From NCBI GenBank assembly GCA_963730685.1, contig CAVSSP010000001.1, forward strand, positions 1,687,767 through 1,751,766: a DNA stretch of 64,000 bases, read 5' to 3'. The stretch is from an uncultured Acidimicrobiales bacterium. Lineage in GTDB: Bacteria > Actinomycetota > Acidimicrobiia > Acidimicrobiales > RAAP-2. Made by a program: the position numbers and the translations under genes. Of the stretch, positions 28,216 to 38,980 are shown piece by piece (within the stretch, counting starts at the first letter, position 1; every line of letters begins with the position of its first letter). A model generated the notes under the pieces. It saw only the letters and a program-made list of their open reading frames with translations. It was not told the DNA's origin and ran no database searches.

Positions 28216-29718
28216 GTGATACACCCCCCTGCTGAACTCTGGTCCATGACATCGACGGTCGATGCGAAGCCAGTGGTGGACCCGGCGGGTGCCGGCATGG
28301 CCGGTGCCGGTGTTGCCCGTCCCGAGGGCGAGGACGCCGGAGTCAGCGTGGCCAGGTTCCTGTCCGCCGCCGCCACCGTCCTGCAGTTCGTGGCCGAATT
28401 CGACCCCGCCCGCTACGACGGTGTTGACGCCACCGCCCTGGTGTCTTCATTCACCCAGATCGAGCGGGTGGCTGTCATCGGCAAGTCCCTGGCCGGGGTC
28501 CGGGCCACCGAGTGCCGCCAGCCCGAGGCCGGCGGCCATCCCACCCCGGCCCACTGGCTGTCGGACATGACCGGTGACTCCTTGGGGGACTCGACCGGGG
28601 TCCTGAAGCTCGGGGAGTCGTTGGCCGACCACCCCGCCATCGACGAGGCGGCCCGGAAGGGCAAGCTGTCCGGCAAGGCGGCCCGGCTGGTGGCCGACGC
28701 CGCCCGGGTCAACCCGGGCAGTGAGGACGAGCTGGTGGAGGCGGCCACCCACGAGACCTTCCACCAGCTGCGGGACCGCTGCCTGCGGGCCAAGGCCCAG
28801 GGCCGGTCGGCCGAGGATGCCGCCGCCCACCGCCGGCGCCTCCACGAGGAGCGCCACTGTCGGACCTGGACCGACCAGGAGGGGGCCTTCTGCCTCGATG
28901 CCCGGCTCACCCCCGATGCCGGTGCAACCCTGCTGGCCTCCCTCAACGCCCGGACCGACGCGTTGTTCGAGGAGGCCCGGCGCGAGGGGCGCCACGAGCC
29001 CTCCGACGCCTACCGGGCCGACGCCCTGGTGGGCCTGGTCACCGGCCGGCGGCGCGGATCACCGGTCCGGACCGGGGCCACCCCGCCGAGCGCCCCGGGC
29101 CCGGGCACCGTCCAGCCCGGGGACCCCGAGCCCGGGGACCCCGACCTCACCGACCTCACCGCACTCACCGGAGGCAGCCACACCGGGGACAGGGACGACC
29201 CCGGACCGAGGGCCCAGGTCCTCCTCCGGGTCGACCTCGACGCCCTGCGCCGGGGATCGGTCGGACCCGGTGGGGTGTGCGAGATCCCCGGGGTGGGCCC
29301 GATCTCCGTCGAGTCGGCCCGGGAGCTGATGGGGGACGCCGTCACCCGGTTGGTCATCACCAACGGGGTGGACGTGACGACCGTGTGCCATCTGGGACGC
29401 TCCATCCCCAGTGCCCTGCGGACCGCCCTGGTGGAGCGGGACCGGAGCTGTGTGATCCCCGGCTGTGACGTCACCCAGGGCCTCGAGATCGACCACTGGG
29501 GCGTCGCCTTCGCCGAGGGGGGACCGGCCAGCCTCGAGAACACCGCCCGGCTCTGCGGCCACCACCACTACCTGCGCACCCATCAGGGGTTCACCCTCAC
29601 CGGGGGACCGGGCAGGTGGCGGTGGACACCGCCGGCCCGGGGTCGGCCACCCGATCCGGACGATCCCGACCCTGCCCCTGACCCCGGCGAGACCAGGCTG
29701 TTCACCCTCGAGGAGTGA
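28216..29718 (+). CDS. DUF222 + HNH endonuclease protein (13E12-repeat-like family)
   Basis: Long helical N-terminal region, then CVIPGCDV...EIDHW...NTARLCGHHHYLRTH (HNH). The start could also be ATG 28246. Confidence 0.85.
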   Translation: MIHPPAELWSMTSTVDAKPVVDPAGAGMAGAGVARPEGEDAGVSVARFLSAAATVLQFVAEFDPARYDGVDATALVSSFTQIERVAVIGKSLAGVRATECRQPEAGGHPTPAHWLSDMTGDSLGDSTGVLKLGESLADHPAIDEAARKGKLSGKAARLVADAARVNPGSEDELVEAATHETFHQLRDRCLRAKAQGRSAEDAAAHRRRLHEERHCRTWTDQEGAFCLDARLTPDAGATLLASLNARTDALFEEARREGRHEPSDAYRADALVGLVTGRRRGSPVRTGATPPSAPGPGTVQPGDPEPGDPDLTDLTALTGGSHTGDRDDPGPRAQVLLRVDLDALRRGSVGPGGVCEIPGVGPISVESARELMGDAVTRLVITNGVDVTTVCHLGRSIPSALRTALVERDRSCVIPGCDVTQGLEIDHWGVAFAEGGPASLENTARLCGHHHYLRTHQGFTLTGGPGRWRWTPPARGRPPDPDDPDPAPDPGETRLFTLEE

Positions 29719-29848
29719 CCCGAGGGCCGGACGGCCGGAGCACCGCGCCCCCACCGACCCCCGCCTCGCCGCGGGACAGGAGGCAAGTGCCGCGCCCCGT
29801 GGGCTTGGCTCCGCCGGTCGGGGGGTCGCCGACCCCTACCATTGGGAT

Positions 29849-31372
29849 GTGGGTGTTCGTGAACGCAGCGACCAGTTCCGGCGCCTGGCCCGATCGGCCA
29901 TCACCGACCTGTTCGATCAGCGCCGCCCCTTCGGCCGGCTGGCCCTGACCCACGTCCTGATGACGGCCGGCGACACCTTGTTCGCCGTCTCCCTGGCCGG
30001 GTCGCTGTTCTTCTCGATCTCACCGACAGCGGCCAAGGACAAGGTGATCTTGTACCTGTTGTTGACCATGGGCCCCTTTGCCGTGGTCGCACCGGCGCTG
30101 GGTCCGGTCATCGACCGCAGCCGGGGGGCCCGTCGGGCCATGGTGGTGGCATCTGCCGTGGGCCGGGCCGTGCTCTGCCCATTCCTGGCCCGAGACATCC
30201 ACTCCCTGCTGCTGTTCCCGGAGGCCTTCGCCATGCTGGTGCTCTCCAAGGTCTATCTGGTGACCAAGGGGGCGCTGGTACCGGAGATGGCCGCCCTCGG
30301 CATGCTCGACGAGACCACCGGGCCGGGCCCGTCCGGCACCGTGGGCCCACAACCGGCCGAGACGCCCACGATCCCCACCGTCCGGCGGCCGGATCCCACG
30401 CCCCCCTACGGGCTCCCGGTCGTCCGTGTCGACGACCCGGTCACCGGGACCGAGCTGATCGAGCCCGACCTGGCCACCCTCAACGCCCGCCTGGGCCTGT
30501 TGGCGTCACTCGCCGGTTTCGCCTTCGCCCTCCCGGCCGTGGCCATTCTCAAACTCGGAGGTGCAGCCAGCGTCATCTGGGTGGCTATCGCCGTCTTCGC
30601 CGCCGCCGCCGCCGCCGGGGTCCGCCTACCGGTGCCCGCCCGTCTGGGCCGGGAGCGGTCCGGTCGGCGCGCCGCGGGACGTCCTGGGGGCGCCAGGGTT
30701 TCTGCCGGGGCGGAGGTCGCCATCGAGATGGCCCCGGACTTCGACCCGGGTTGGAAAGGCGACGACGAGGACCTGGCCGCCCTGCGGCCCATCGCCGACA
30801 CCGAGGTCATCTTGGCCCTCATGCCCATGTCGGTGCTCAAGGCGCTGGTCGGGTTCACCACGTTCCTGTTCGCCTTCGAACTCCGCCGCGATGGAGCTGC
30901 GACCTGGTGGTTCGGCTTCATCCTGGGCGGGCTCACGGCTGGCGCCCTCATCGGGGTGCTGTTGGTGTCGAGGATCCGACGGGTCCTCGACGAGCAGCAG
31001 ATCCTCATGGGCTCGCTCTGGGTGACCGCCGCCGTCACCCTCATCGGCGCCTTCTACTCGGTGCGTTGGTTCTGGGCGGTGATGGCGTTGGCGGTGGGCC
31101 TGTCGAGCTCGGTGGCCAAGCCGTCCTTCGATGCCCTGGTCCAACGCCACGTGCGTGAGTCCAACCAGGGCCGGGCGTTCGCCCGGTTCGAGACGCGGTT
31201 CCAGCTGATGTGGGTGGTGGGGTCGTTCGTGCCGGTCGTGCTCTCACTGCCGGTCGAGGCGGGGAGCCTCGTCATGGCGGTGGTGGCGGCCGTCGGGGCC
31301 CTCTCCTATATGAGCTCGCGCCGGGCCCTCGGGGGAGCGGGCGTCGGCTCCTACGCCCCGGGGGGCGCCTGA
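29849..31372 (+). CDS. Polytopic integral membrane protein (MFS-like)
   Basis: About 10-12 hydrophobic segments with a long central hydrophilic loop. GTG 29849 chosen as start. The upstream ORF portion is Pro/Arg shadow sequence. Confidence 0.65.
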   Translation: MGVRERSDQFRRLARSAITDLFDQRRPFGRLALTHVLMTAGDTLFAVSLAGSLFFSISPTAAKDKVILYLLLTMGPFAVVAPALGPVIDRSRGARRAMVVASAVGRAVLCPFLARDIHSLLLFPEAFAMLVLSKVYLVTKGALVPEMAALGMLDETTGPGPSGTVGPQPAETPTIPTVRRPDPTPPYGLPVVRVDDPVTGTELIEPDLATLNARLGLLASLAGFAFALPAVAILKLGGAASVIWVAIAVFAAAAAAGVRLPVPARLGRERSGRRAAGRPGGARVSAGAEVAIEMAPDFDPGWKGDDEDLAALRPIADTEVILALMPMSVLKALVGFTTFLFAFELRRDGAATWWFGFILGGLTAGALIGVLLVSRIRRVLDEQQILMGSLWVTAAVTLIGAFYSVRWFWAVMALAVGLSSSVAKPSFDALVQRHVRESNQGRAFARFETRFQLMWVVGSFVPVVLSLPVEAGSLVMAVVAAVGALSYMSSRRALGGAGVGSYAPGGA

Positions 31373-31426
31373 TCACCGGGGCGTAGCCGGGGCCCGGGGG
31401 AGCCCCCGACCGAACCGCCCATGTGA

Positions 31427-33217
31427 TCAGCCCAGCCGCTGCTCCAGCCGGTCCACCTCGGCGGCGAGCTGGGACGGGAGCTTGTCGCCGAACACCGCGA
31501 AGTGCTCCCGGATGCCCGGCACCTCGGCCCGCCACTCCTCGACGTTCACGGTGAGGAGCTTCTCCATGTCGGCGGGCGAGACGTCGAGCCCATCGGTGTC
31601 GATGGCGCCCGGGGCGGGGACGAACCCGATGGGCGTGTCGAGTGCCTCGCCGGTCCCGCTCACCCGCTCGAACACCCACTCGAGGACCCGGGAATTCTCG
31701 CCGTAGCCGGGCCAGAGCCAACGCCCGTCCGCATCCTTGCGGAACCAGTTGACGTAGAAGATCTTCGGGAGCTTGTCCGGGTCGGCCCCGGCTCCGATCT
31801 GGAGCCAGTGGGCGAAGTAGTCGGCCATGTTGTACCCGCAGAAGGGGAGCATGGCGAAGGGGTCGCGGCGGAGCTTCCCCACCGCACCGGCCGCTGCCGC
31901 CGTCGTCTCCGAGGCCATGATCGATCCCAGGAACACCCCGTGCTCCCAGTCCCTCGACTGGAACACCAGGGGAATGACCGACGCCCGGCGGCCTCCGAAC
32001 AGGATGGCGTCGATCGGAACGCCGGCCGGATCCTCCCACTCCGAGGCGATGGCGGGGTCCTGCGAGGCCGGGACGGTAAAGCGCGCGTTCGGATGGGCGG
32101 CCGGTGTGCCCGACTCGGGCGTCCACTCCTCACCCTTCCACGAGGTGGCATGGGCCGGGGCCTCGTCGGTCATGCCCTCCCACCACACGTCGCCGTCGTC
32201 GGTCAGGGCGGTGTTGGTGAAGATGGCGTTGCCGTCCAGGGTCAGCATGGCGTTGGGGTTGGTGTGGGTGTTGGTGCCGGGCGCCACCCCGAAGAACCCG
32301 GCTTCGGGGTTGATGGCATAGAGCCGGCCGTCGGGACCGAACTTCATCCAGCAGATGTCGTCGCCCACGGTTTCGACCTTCCAGTCGGGAAGGGTGGGGA
32401 TGAGCATGGCCAAGTTCGTCTTGCCGCAGGCGGACGGGAAGGCACCGGTCACGTAGCGGGTCTCGCCGGCGGGGGAGGTGAGCTTGAGGATCAGCATGTG
32501 CTCGGCCAGCCAGTTGTCGTCCCGAGCCATGACCGAGGCGATCCGGAGGGCGAAACACTTCTTGCCCAGCAGGGCGTTGCCGCCGTAGCCCGAGCCGTAG
32601 GACCAGATCTCACGGGATTCGGGGAAGTGGACGATGTACTTGTTCTCCGAGTCGCACGGCCACGGCACGTCGGTCTCGCCTTCGGCCAGGGGTGCACCCA
32701 CCGAATGGAGGCAGGGGACGAACTCACCCTCGGATCCGAGCACCTCCAGCGCGCCACGACCCATGCGGGTCATGATCCGCATGGACACCGCGACGTAGGC
32801 CGAGTCGGTGATCTCCACGCCGATGTGGGCGATCGAGGACCCGAGCGGACCCATCGAGAACGGCACCACGTACATGGTCCGTCCCCGCATGGACCCCTGG
32901 AACAGGTCGGTGAGGACGCCGCGCATCTCCTCGGGGTCCCGCCAATTGTTGGTGGGCCCGGCATCGGACTCGAGGGTCGAACAGATGTAGGTGCGGTCCT
33001 CCACCCGGGCCACGTCGCCCGGATCGGAGTGGGCCCAGTAGCTGTTCGGGCGCTTGGCCTCCGACAGCTTGGCGAACGTACCGTTCTCGACCAGGAGCTG
33101 GCACAGACGGTCGTACTCCTCGGCCGAGCCGTCGCACCATTCGACGGAGTCCGGCTCGGTCAGCGCGGCGATCTCGTCCACCCATGCGATCAGCTTCTTG
33201 TTCGAGGTGGGTGGCAT
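31427..33217 (-). CDS. pckG: Phosphoenolpyruvate carboxykinase (GTP)
   Basis: [35 protein letters not shown]. The ATG is preceded by AAGGAGGA. Confidence 0.95.
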   Translation of the reverse strand: MPPTSNKKLIAWVDEIAALTEPDSVEWCDGSAEEYDRLCQLLVENGTFAKLSEAKRPNSYWAHSDPGDVARVEDRTYICSTLESDAGPTNNWRDPEEMRGVLTDLFQGSMRGRTMYVVPFSMGPLGSSIAHIGVEITDSAYVAVSMRIMTRMGRGALEVLGSEGEFVPCLHSVGAPLAEGETDVPWPCDSENKYIVHFPESREIWSYGSGYGGNALLGKKCFALRIASVMARDDNWLAEHMLILKLTSPAGETRYVTGAFPSACGKTNLAMLIPTLPDWKVETVGDDICWMKFGPDGRLYAINPEAGFFGVAPGTNTHTNPNAMLTLDGNAIFTNTALTDDGDVWWEGMTDEAPAHATSWKGEEWTPESGTPAAHPNARFTVPASQDPAIASEWEDPAGVPIDAILFGGRRASVIPLVFQSRDWEHGVFLGSIMASETTAAAAGAVGKLRRDPFAMLPFCGYNMADYFAHWLQIGAGADPDKLPKIFYVNWFRKDADGRWLWPGYGENSRVLEWVFERVSGTGEALDTPIGFVPAPGAIDTDGLDVSPADMEKLLTVNVEEWRAEVPGIREHFAVFGDKLPSQLAAEVDRLEQRLG

Positions 33218-33340
33218 GGGCTGGGAGGTCCTCCTTGGGATGTTGCCGGGCCTGACGGTCACCTCGCGCAATTCGCACGTCCTGACCGGTTGTCCGGCAA
33301 TTGTAGCTGGCAGTGGCTCGCCCAATGCTAGGCAAGGGTC

Positions 33341-34507
33341 GTGCGCAGGCCCAATTCCGGTGAGGAACCGACCGGCCCGCCCGGCCCCCCGCCCGGCCCC
33401 CCGCCCGGGTCCCCGCCCGGGCCCCCGCCCACGGGGCCTCCCGGAGGTCTTGACGAGTTCGACGCCATCGAGCGGATGAGCGCCCAATTCCTGGCGTCGG
33501 CCCGGGCCCGGCTGCCTGACGCGGATCTCCCACCCCAGGGTGACGTCTGGATCGGCGACGACGCCGCCGTGGTGACGGCGAGGAATGGCGGGCAGATGTT
33601 GATGACGACCGACCTGGTGGTGGAAGGTGTCCACTTCGTCCTCGGATTGAGCTCGGTCGACGATGTCGGGTACAAGGCGCTGATGGTGGCGGCGTCGGAC
33701 ATCGCTGCCATGGGGGGACGGCCCGACCAGGTCATGGCATCGATCGTGGCCCCTCCGGCCATCGATCTCGATGACCTGGCCGCCGGTCTCGCCGAGGCGT
33801 CGGGGGAGTGCGGGTGCACGATCGTCGGGGGTGACCTGTCGGCGGGGCCAATCGTGGTGGTGTCGGTGGCCGTGTTCGGTGCGCTGGGCCCCGAGCCCAC
33901 CGTCGGCCCGCTGCTGCGGTCCGGCGCCCGGCCCGGTGACCACCTCTTCGTGACCGGGCCACTGGGGGGGTCGGCGGCCGGCCTGCGGATCCTCCGGCAG
34001 AGATACCGGGGAGACGAACTACATGCCAATGGCATGTTATTTGGAAAAACAGTACCGGAGCGCTCCCAACTTCCCCACGACACCCCGACCCACGACGCCG
34101 GGACCAGCGAGACCCGCAACCGTGACGACGCCCTCGCACGCACTCACCTCCGTCCACGGGCCCGGGTGCGTGAAGGCGAGACGGCGAGGCTGGCCGGGGC
34201 CACTGCCGCCATCGACATCTCCGATGGGCTGGCAGCCGACCTGGGCCATGTGGCCGGCGCCTCGGGGGTCGGGATCTCCCTCGACAGCGTGCCCGTGGCG
34301 GACGGGGCGACGATCCCCGAGGCACTCCACGGTGGAGAGGATTACGAGCTGGTGCTCGCCACCCCCGATCCCGATCGCCTGGTCGCCGCCTTCGGACAGG
34401 CCGGGCTTCCCCCGCCCCTGGCGGTGGGACGGTGCACGGAGTCGGCAGGTGAGGTGGTCCTCGACGGGGTGCCGCTGCCGCCGACGGGGTGGACCCACCG
34501 GTTCTGA
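33341..34507 (+). CDS. thiL: Thiamine-monophosphate kinase with Pro-rich N-terminal extension and ~30-aa internal insertion
   Basis: [55 protein letters not shown]. The insertion is at ~34015-34125. Confidence 0.85.
   Translation: MRRPNSGEEPTGPPGPPPGPPPGSPPGPPPTGPPGGLDEFDAIERMSAQFLASARARLPDADLPPQGDVWIGDDAAVVTARNGGQMLMTTDLVVEGVHFVLGLSSVDDVGYKALMVAASDIAAMGGRPDQVMASIVAPPAIDLDDLAAGLAEASGECGCTIVGGDLSAGPIVVVSVAVFGALGPEPTVGPLLRSGARPGDHLFVTGPLGGSAAGLRILRQRYRGDELHANGMLFGKTVPERSQLPHDTPTHDAGTSETRNRDDALARTHLRPRARVREGETARLAGATAAIDISDGLAADLGHVAGASGVGISLDSVPVADGATIPEALHGGEDYELVLATPDPDRLVAAFGQAGLPPPLAVGRCTESAGEVVLDGVPLPPTGWTHRF
34015..34125 (+). repeat. Copy B of the AT-rich element, inserted in frame in thiL: 7-bp-arm palindrome + GTTATTTGGAAAAAC + degenerate ..CGAC heptamers
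   Basis: CATGCCA-A-TGGCATG at 34022-34036. Motif at 34036-34050. It is followed by ccacgac accccgac ccacgac gccgggac. This is a local GC dip in a ~70% GC gene. Confidence 0.6.
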
Positions 34508-34526
34508 GCGGCCGCCCCGCCCCGGC

Positions 34527-34581
34527 CAGCCCCGAACCAGCCCCGAACCAGCCCCGAACCAGCCCCGAACCCGCCCCGAAC
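34527..34581 (+). promoter_or_regulatory. Five tandem 11-bp direct repeats (CAGCCCCGAAC x4, CCGCCCCGAAC x1) upstream of the two-component operon
   Basis: Exact 11-bp periodicity. The array ends 46 nt before the response-regulator ATG (34628) and lies in the thiL/RR intergenic region. Confidence 0.5.
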
Positions 34582-34627
34582 TTCGTTCTCAGGAAACTCA
34601 CAGACGGACCGGTCAACATGGTGGGGA

Positions 34628-35337
<710 letters not shown>

Positions 35338-35341
<4 letters not shown>

Positions 35342-37032
35342 CCCTCCGGCTGCGCCTCCTCCTGCTCCTGGTCGGGATCGTGGCTGCCGGCCTGGTCATA
35401 TCCGACGTGGTGACCTACAACGCCCTGCGCTCGTTCCTCACCACCCGGGTGGACCAGCAGCTGGAGTCGGCGGCCTTCCCGGTGGGCCGGGCCCTGCTGT
35501 CGTCCTCGGGCCTCGGCCTGACGGTCCCGGCCGCCCCACCGGCCGGATCGGCCAACCCCACGGCCGGGTCGGCCACCACCACGCCCACCACCACGCCCAC
35601 CACCACGCCCACCACCACGCCCACCACCGCTACGACCCTGCCCAACTCGTCGACGCTGCCGCCCGGATCGCGGCCCGGGCGGAGCCCGTTCCGCGGCTCG
35701 TTCAGGAACGGGGGAGGCCTGTTCGGCTCCCCACCCGGGTCCCAGCGCGGACTGTTGGTCACGCCGGGGACGTACGGGCAGCTGCGGAGTGCCACCGGCA
35801 AGGTGGAGGCCCATCTGTTCTTCAGCTACGGAGGCAAGGCCCCGTCCACCCCGGCCATCCCGGCAAGACTGCCTGGCGCCGGCCTGCCGGGCACGACCGA
35901 CCACTACTTCACGACGTCGAGCACGGGCCCGAACGCGGTCTCGTACCGGGTGCTGGCCAAGCCCCTTTCCCACGGCGGAGGGGTGATCGTGGTGGCGGTC
36001 CCGCTCACCGATCTCGAGAGTACGCTCCGCCAGCTGCTCCTGGTCGAACTGGTCGTGTCGCTGCTGCTCCTGGTCGGGCTGGGCACCCTCTCGTGGGTCA
36101 TGGTGCGGCGAGACCTCCGGCCGTTGCAGGAGATGACCGAGACCGCCGGGGTGATCGCCCAGGGCGACCTGTCCCAGCGGGTCTCCCACGTGAACGAGGC
36201 CACCGAGGTGGGCAAGCTGGGGACCGCGTTCAACACCATGGTTGACGAGATCGAGGTGGCGTTCTCCGAGCGGGCTGCGTCCGAGGAGCGTCTCCGGCGG
36301 TTCCTGGCCGACGCCTCCCACGAACTCCGCACCCCGCTCACCTCCATCCTCGGGTATGCAGAGCTGTTCGACCTCGGGGTCCGTGACCGGCCCGAGGACC
36401 TGGCCGTCTCGATGCGGACCATCAAGGAGGAGGCGGCCCGCATGGGGGTCCTGGTGGACGACCTGCTGTGGCTGGCCCAGCTCGACCACGAACGCCCACT
36501 CCGACGCGAGCGCGTCGACCTCGGGGAGGTGATCCAGAGGTCGGCGGCCGTCATCGGCGTCTCGGCGCCGGACCGGCCTCTCTCTGTGGGGATCGACCAC
36601 CCGGTCGTGGTCGTCGGTGACGGACAACGCCTCCGCCAGGTGGTGGACAACCTGCTGGTCAATGCCGTGACGCACACCCCGACGGGGACCGCCATCGAAG
36701 TCACCATGACCCAGGAGGGCCAGTGGGCGGTCGTCACCGTCCACGACGAGGGGCCGGGGATCGACTCGGACGAGGTCGATCGGATCTTCGAGCCGTTCTA
36801 CCGGTCGGATCCCTCGCGGGCCAGGGTGTCGGGAGGTGCGGGCCTGGGGCTGGCCATCGTGGCCGCCATCGTCGGGTCCCACGGTGGGACGGTGGTGGCG
36901 AGACCCGGAAGGGGGGCCACCTTCGAGGTTCGGCTACCCATCACCACGACCTCCGACGAGGACTCCCAGTCGGTCGAGTCTCCGCCGGGACGGGCCGAGC
37001 CCGTCGAGCCGGCCCGCCGGGTCGGGTCCTAG
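35338..37032 (+). CDS. Sensor histidine kinase (HAMP + HisKA + HATPase_c)
   Basis: ATGA overlap with the response regulator. Two TM segments, H-box [16 protein letters not shown]-box, G-box [10 protein letters not shown]. Periplasmic (TTPT)n repeat at 35575-35628. Confidence 0.95.
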
Positions 37033-37238
37033 GCGGGGATGTTCCGGACAGGTCGTTTGACGACCTTGCCGGAACGGATGCACGACGTGCAGGCGTTCAA
37101 CCGCTTGGGCGAGCCGTCGACCAGGGCACGCACCCGTTGGATGTTCGGATCCCAACGCCGCTTGGTCCGACGGTGGGAATGGCTGATGTTCATTCCGAAC
37201 GACGGCTTCTTGCCGCAGACCTCGCATACCGCTGCCAT
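37029..37238 (-). CDS. rpmB: 50S ribosomal protein L28 (Cys-containing form)
   Basis: [43 protein letters not shown]. The 83-aa ORF is trimmed to the internal ATG. Confidence 0.9.
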   Translation of the reverse strand: MAAVCEVCGKKPSFGMNISHSHRRTKRRWDPNIQRVRALVDGSPKRLNACTSCIRSGKVVKRPVRNIPA

Positions 37239-37297
37239 GACACTCCGACTTCCTCTGAGAAACCTCTGGGTAAGGCACAAAGGTTAGCATCCTGCCC

Positions 37298-38980
37298 ATG
37301 GTGGTCCTCGACGCGCTCGGAGCTACGGAGCTCGCCCAGGTGATCCGCACGTTCCGCGACGGGCTCCGATCCCACCAGGAAGTCATCAACCGACTCAACG
37401 TCTACCCGGTGCCGGACGGGGACACCGGGACCAACATGGCGCTCACCATGGAGTCGGTGGCCAACGAGCTCGCCACCCTCGAGTCCCCCGATCTCGACGC
37501 CACCTGCAGGGCCATCACCCACGGTTCACTGATGGGCGCCCGGGGCAACTCGGGGGTCATCTTGTCCCAGCTCCTGCGGGGGATCTCCGAGGGCCTCGGC
37601 GAGGGGACCGGCGACCCCGGGCCCCAGGAGCTGGGCCGGGCACTGGCCATCGCCGACCGGCTGGCCCGGGAGGCGGTGATGCGGCCGGTGGAGGGCACGA
37701 TCCTCACCGTCGCCAGGGGCGCCGCCGACGGGGCCCGCTCCGCCGCCGACGCCGGAAAGTCGCTGGTGGACGTGGCCGAGGCGTCGAGGGCAGGTGCCGC
37801 CGAGGCGCTGGCCCGGACGCCGTCGCTGCTCCCGGTGCTCGAACAGGCCGGCGTCGTCGACGCCGGGGGTACCGGCCTGCTGCTGTTGTTCGATGCCCTG
37901 CTCTCGGTGGTGGACGGGCGGTCCATGCCCGAGCCCCCGCTGCCGCCGGAGACCCACTTCGGTCCGGTCAACCCCGAGGCCCCCGGCATGGCCACCGGGG
38001 TGTCCGCCGCCGATGCCGAGCTGGCCGGCCTCCGCTACGAGGTCATGTACCTGCTCGAGGCCCACGACGACACCATCCCCTCGTTCAAGGAGGTGTGGGC
38101 GGGCCTGGGCGACTCGATCGTGGTGGTCGGCGGCGACGGCCTGTGGAACTGCCACATCCACACCGACGACATCGGGGCCGCCATCGAGGCCTCGCTCGAT
38201 GCGGGCCGTCCCCGGTCCATCCGGGTCACCGACCTGTTGGAGGAGGTGGAAGAGGAGCGCTGGGTGCGCGAGGGTGCCGGCGCCGAGGGCAGTGGGCCCT
38301 CGCCGACGCCGCTCGGCCCCCCGCCGACCACCGGGGTGGTGGCCGTGGCCACCGGCGACGGCATCGGCAGGATCTTCCGCTCGCTCGGCGTCCAGGGCCT
38401 GATCTCCGGTGGCCAGTCGATGAACCCCTCGACCGCCGAGCTGGTGGAGGCGGTGGACGCCCTCGGGTCCGACGAGGTGATCATCCTCCCCAACAACGGC
38501 AACATCCGGGCGGTGGCCGAGCGGGTGGACGACCTGACCGCCAAGTCGGTCTGGGTGGTGCCCACCGACACCATCGCCGAGGGGTTCGCGGCGCTGCTGG
38601 CCTATGACCCCGGGGCCCACGGTGAGGCCAATGCGCGAACCATGGAGGCGTCCTCCTGTCGGGTGGTGCCCGGCGAGGTGACCAGGGCGGTGCGGGACGC
38701 CGACGGGCCGGCCGGCCCGATCGCCGAGGGCGACTGGCTCGGTCTGTCGCGACAGGGGATCGAAGTGGTTCGGCCATCGCTGGCCGAGGCCGCCTGCGCT
38801 CTGCTCGACGTGCTGGCCACCGACGCTCACGACCTGGTCACCATCATCGAGGGCGAGGGGTCGGGGGCGGCGGATACCCGGCGGATCACCGAGTGGCTCG
38901 GTGACAACCGGCCCCAGCTCGAGACCGAGGTGCACCACGGCGGGCAGCCCTTGTACCCGTACCTGTTCTCCATCGAGTGA
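37298..38980 (+). CDS. DAK2-domain fusion protein (YloV family)
   Basis: YPVPDGDTGTNM, GARGNSGVILSQ. Conserved position upstream of recG. Confidence 0.9.
   Translation: MVVLDALGATELAQVIRTFRDGLRSHQEVINRLNVYPVPDGDTGTNMALTMESVANELATLESPDLDATCRAITHGSLMGARGNSGVILSQLLRGISEGLGEGTGDPGPQELGRALAIADRLAREAVMRPVEGTILTVARGAADGARSAADAGKSLVDVAEASRAGAAEALARTPSLLPVLEQAGVVDAGGTGLLLLFDALLSVVDGRSMPEPPLPPETHFGPVNPEAPGMATGVSAADAELAGLRYEVMYLLEAHDDTIPSFKEVWAGLGDSIVVVGGDGLWNCHIHTDDIGAAIEASLDAGRPRSIRVTDLLEEVEEERWVREGAGAEGSGPSPTPLGPPPTTGVVAVATGDGIGRIFRSLGVQGLISGGQSMNPSTAELVEAVDALGSDEVIILPNNGNIRAVAERVDDLTAKSVWVVPTDTIAEGFAALLAYDPGAHGEANARTMEASSCRVVPGEVTRAVRDADGPAGPIAEGDWLGLSRQGIEVVRPSLAEAACALLDVLATDAHDLVTIIEGEGSGAADTRRITEWLGDNRPQLETEVHHGGQPLYPYLFSIE

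Noticed and set aside
19137-34050. The two GTTATTTGGAAAAA copies as attL/attR of a 14.9-kb integrated island
   Set aside because: thiL is continuous on both sides of copy B, so no gene was split. The interval holds housekeeping genes (pckG, ddl, CoA-transferase) at normal GC. No integrase is present.
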